64,000 nt of DNA, taken from Zootoca vivipara (Eukaryota). The notes beneath the pieces were generated by a model. That model saw only the letters and a list, made by a program, of their open reading frames with translations. It searched no databases and had not been told where the DNA came from. The DNA lies in contig NC_083288.1 in assembly GCF_963506605.1 (NCBI RefSeq), positions 32,488,001 to 32,552,000 on the forward strand, given 5' to 3'. Position numbers and translations under genes: made by a program. Of the stretch, positions 62,287 to 64,000 are shown one piece after another (the first letter of the stretch is position 1; each line of letters begins with the position of its first letter).

Positions 62287-63774
62287 ACTGCTGCATTCTG
62301 GATCCTATTGTTCTGTCGGTGTAGTCATTATTGATAATATGTCCCGCTTCCTGTGGGGGGGGGGTCTTACTTGTTATTGTGGTTTGTGTTGCTGCCAGTC
62401 AGTGCAGACAATGTTGAGCCATGTGGCTGCTCGTCAGCATAGATTTATTGATACTCTGGTGCATGCTGTCCATTACTCTACACAATGCAGTGTTACCTCG
62501 GGTTACAGATGCTTCAGGTTACAGACTCTTCAGGTTACAGACTCCCCTAACCCAGAAATAGTACCTCGGGTTAAGAACTTTGCTTCAGGATGAGAACAGA
62601 AATTGCACAGCAGTGGTGGCGCGGCGGCAGCAGCAGCAGCGGGAGGCCCCATTGGCTAAAGTGAGGCCCCATTGGCTAAAGTGGTACCTCAGGTTAAGAA
62701 CAGTTTCAGGTTAAGAACGGACCTCCGGAGCGAATTAAGCTCCTAACCCGAGGTACCTCTATACTGATTGGTGTTGCTGCAGTTCAGTGAGGGCAATATT
62801 GGTTTGCAATTTTATCTATTTGATTTGAACCACATGGTTAAGAACCTTCTAAGGCTCTTATGCACTTCCACCCCCAAATTCATAACAATACAATCCCATT
62901 CTTTCCTCTCCGCTCTTTTCTTTAGCTCATCTATGGCCCTGCCCCAGTGATGAATGACAAAACGCCAGGCATCCCATTCTACCAGATGGTGCCCAGAGAA
63001 GACAGACAGTTTGCAGGGATTCTTTCTTTGCTTCTGCATTTCAGGTGGACATGGATTGGACTCCTAACTATGGATAACGACAATGGAGAAAGATTTGTGC
63101 AAAGTGTGGTTCCACCTTTTTCTCAGAGTGGTATCTGCTTTGCCTTCATAGAAAGAACCCAAACATTGACCGTTGTCACTGATATTGATGACATGTTTAA
63201 CAAGGGAGGTAAAATACATGACAAAATCATAGACAGTAAAGCCCATGTAGTGGTGGCATATGGAGAATCCTATGGGATTGTGTTCTTGAGATGGCTTCCA
63301 TATCTGTCAGGACAAGAACATATGAAGAAGAAGTCAAAAGGTATATTGTGGATAATGGCAGCCCAGACTGACCTCACTTCACTGGTCTATCAGAGGAATT
63401 GGGATACAGAAATAATCCACGGATCTCTCTCATTTACAGTTCATGCCAATGATCTCCCAGGATTTCAAGGATTTGTTAGAAGCAGAAACCCATCCAGCAC
63501 CACAGGAGATGGTTTCATCAAGGACTTCTGGCAACAGGCCTTTGGCTGTGTATTCCCAAATACAAATGCAGTCCAGGCGGATGGTGATGTTTGCAATGGG
63601 GAGGAAAAGCTGCAGAACCTTCCTGCATCTCTTTTTGAAATGAGCATGACCTCCCACAGCTACAGTATCTACAATGCTGTCTATCTTATGGCCCATGCTT
63701 TACATGCTATGTCTACATCTAGTGCAATGCAGAACAGAGGCATGCAGAAATGTCAGGGCCAATGCCTTTGGCGG
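56053..63774 (+). CDS. V2R gene I, partial (exons 1-3; exons 4-6 lie right of the window), recent paralog of gene F
   Basis: Exons 56053-56270, 56760-57051, 62926-63774. GT-AG, open frame. Confidence 0.92.
56608..56660. repeat. (AAT)n microsatellite
   Basis: Read directly; not expanded in the paralogous intron of gene F. Confidence 0.95.
56760..57051 (+). CDS. V2R gene I exon 2
   Basis: [12 protein letters not shown]...YKIPQ, 292 bp. Confidence 0.92.
58515..58751. mobile_element. hAT MITE
   Basis: 8-bp TSD CCCTAGAG; same family as 3624-3877. Confidence 0.85.
59027..60480 (-). mobile_element. Gypsy-type LTR retrotransposon 5' fragment (LTR, PBS, degenerate gag)
   Basis: gag DWEGYATRF...KKRATFFSVCG, RLVGGLRDEKLQR, CRHCRKVEHTAQVC zinc knuckle; LTR edge at 60024 followed (minus strand) by PBS-like TGGTGATGAGG; AATAAA at 60061-60066 (minus). 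Confidence 0.8.
60127..60386. mobile_element. GC/CpG-rich hAT MITE nested in the Gypsy LTR
   Basis: TIR CAGGGCCG...CGGCCCTG; 8-bp TSD ATTATTTA. Confidence 0.8.
60488..62283 (+). mobile_element. L2-clade LINE, 5'-truncated, several stops and frameshifts
   Basis: LDPCPSWL, QSGFRPHHGTETAL, LLDLSEAFDT, GVPQGSVLSP, HQYADDTQL, HITPVLKDLHWLP; (TTA)n tail. Confidence 0.92.
62488..62761. mobile_element. Tigger-like MITE
   Basis: CAGTGTTACCTCGGGTTA...TAACCCGAGGTACC. Confidence 0.75.
62926..63774 (+). CDS. V2R gene I exon 3
   Basis: [12 protein letters not shown]...CLWR, 849 bp (12 bp shorter than in F). Confidence 0.92.
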
Positions 63775-64000
63775 GTAATGAATACTAGAAATGGCAGAAA
63801 ACTCGTTCTGTGTAAATTTTAATGCATGCAAATCCACATTTCCCAAACTAATACAGAAATTTAAACGCAGCTATCCTCTGAAATCCAAAATTCTTCTAAT
63901 TTTACAATGTCATTCTCCAAACGAATGTGAACAAAAAAGGAGCATGTATTAGAGGGGGATGTGAGCCCCCAAATGTGCATTTTAATGAAAATAGCATTCA

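Larger units (their letters stand above)
54375..64000 (+). repeat. Segmental duplication, copy 2 (relic H, spacer, gene I exons 1-3)
   Basis: Matches 27995-35887 apart from a 2.4-kb deletion and copy-specific transposon insertions; continues past the window end. Confidence 0.92.

Noticed and set aside
54375-64000. Second copy as a falsely duplicated haplotype
   Set aside because: About 14% amino-acid difference in exon 3 plus several copy-specific TE insertions is more than expected between alleles, though read depth is needed to exclude it fully.

Overview
Eukaryotic (vertebrate) DNA, most likely a squamate reptile and probably a lacertid lizard, judged from the Sauria-SINE, Squam3-like SINE, BovB, Penelope and hAT/Tigger MITE content. 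The window is part of a tandem cluster of vomeronasal type-2 receptor genes (V2R, class C GPCR) with the canonical 6-exon layout: exon sizes about 218/292/855-861/228/127/~902 bp, phases 2-0-0-0-1, all GT-AG. It holds three apparently intact genes (B 4021-11825 minus, C 12669-25284 minus, F 32179-38240 plus) and two genes cut by the window edges (A 1-1486 minus, I 56053->63774 plus). It also holds one otherwise intact gene with a frameshift and stop in exon 4 (G 40987-50624 minus), an exon1-exon6 deletion chimera (D 27122-27831) and two orphan exon-6 relics (E, H). E+F and H+I are two copies of a recent segmental duplication. Introns and spacers are full of transposons: BovB, RTE, Rex1/Babar, L2, CR1, Penelope, Gypsy/LTR, SINEs, many MITEs, and several pieces of a Ngaro-like tyrosine-recombinase retroelement carrying an SGNH-hydrolase ORF. 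There are three assembly gaps. I see no prokaryote-type system. The most interesting signals are a shared homeodomain + O/E-like promoter module upstream of the V2Rs, a near-in-frame mini-receptor chimera, uneven divergence between the duplicated receptors, and the hydrolase-bearing YR retroelement.
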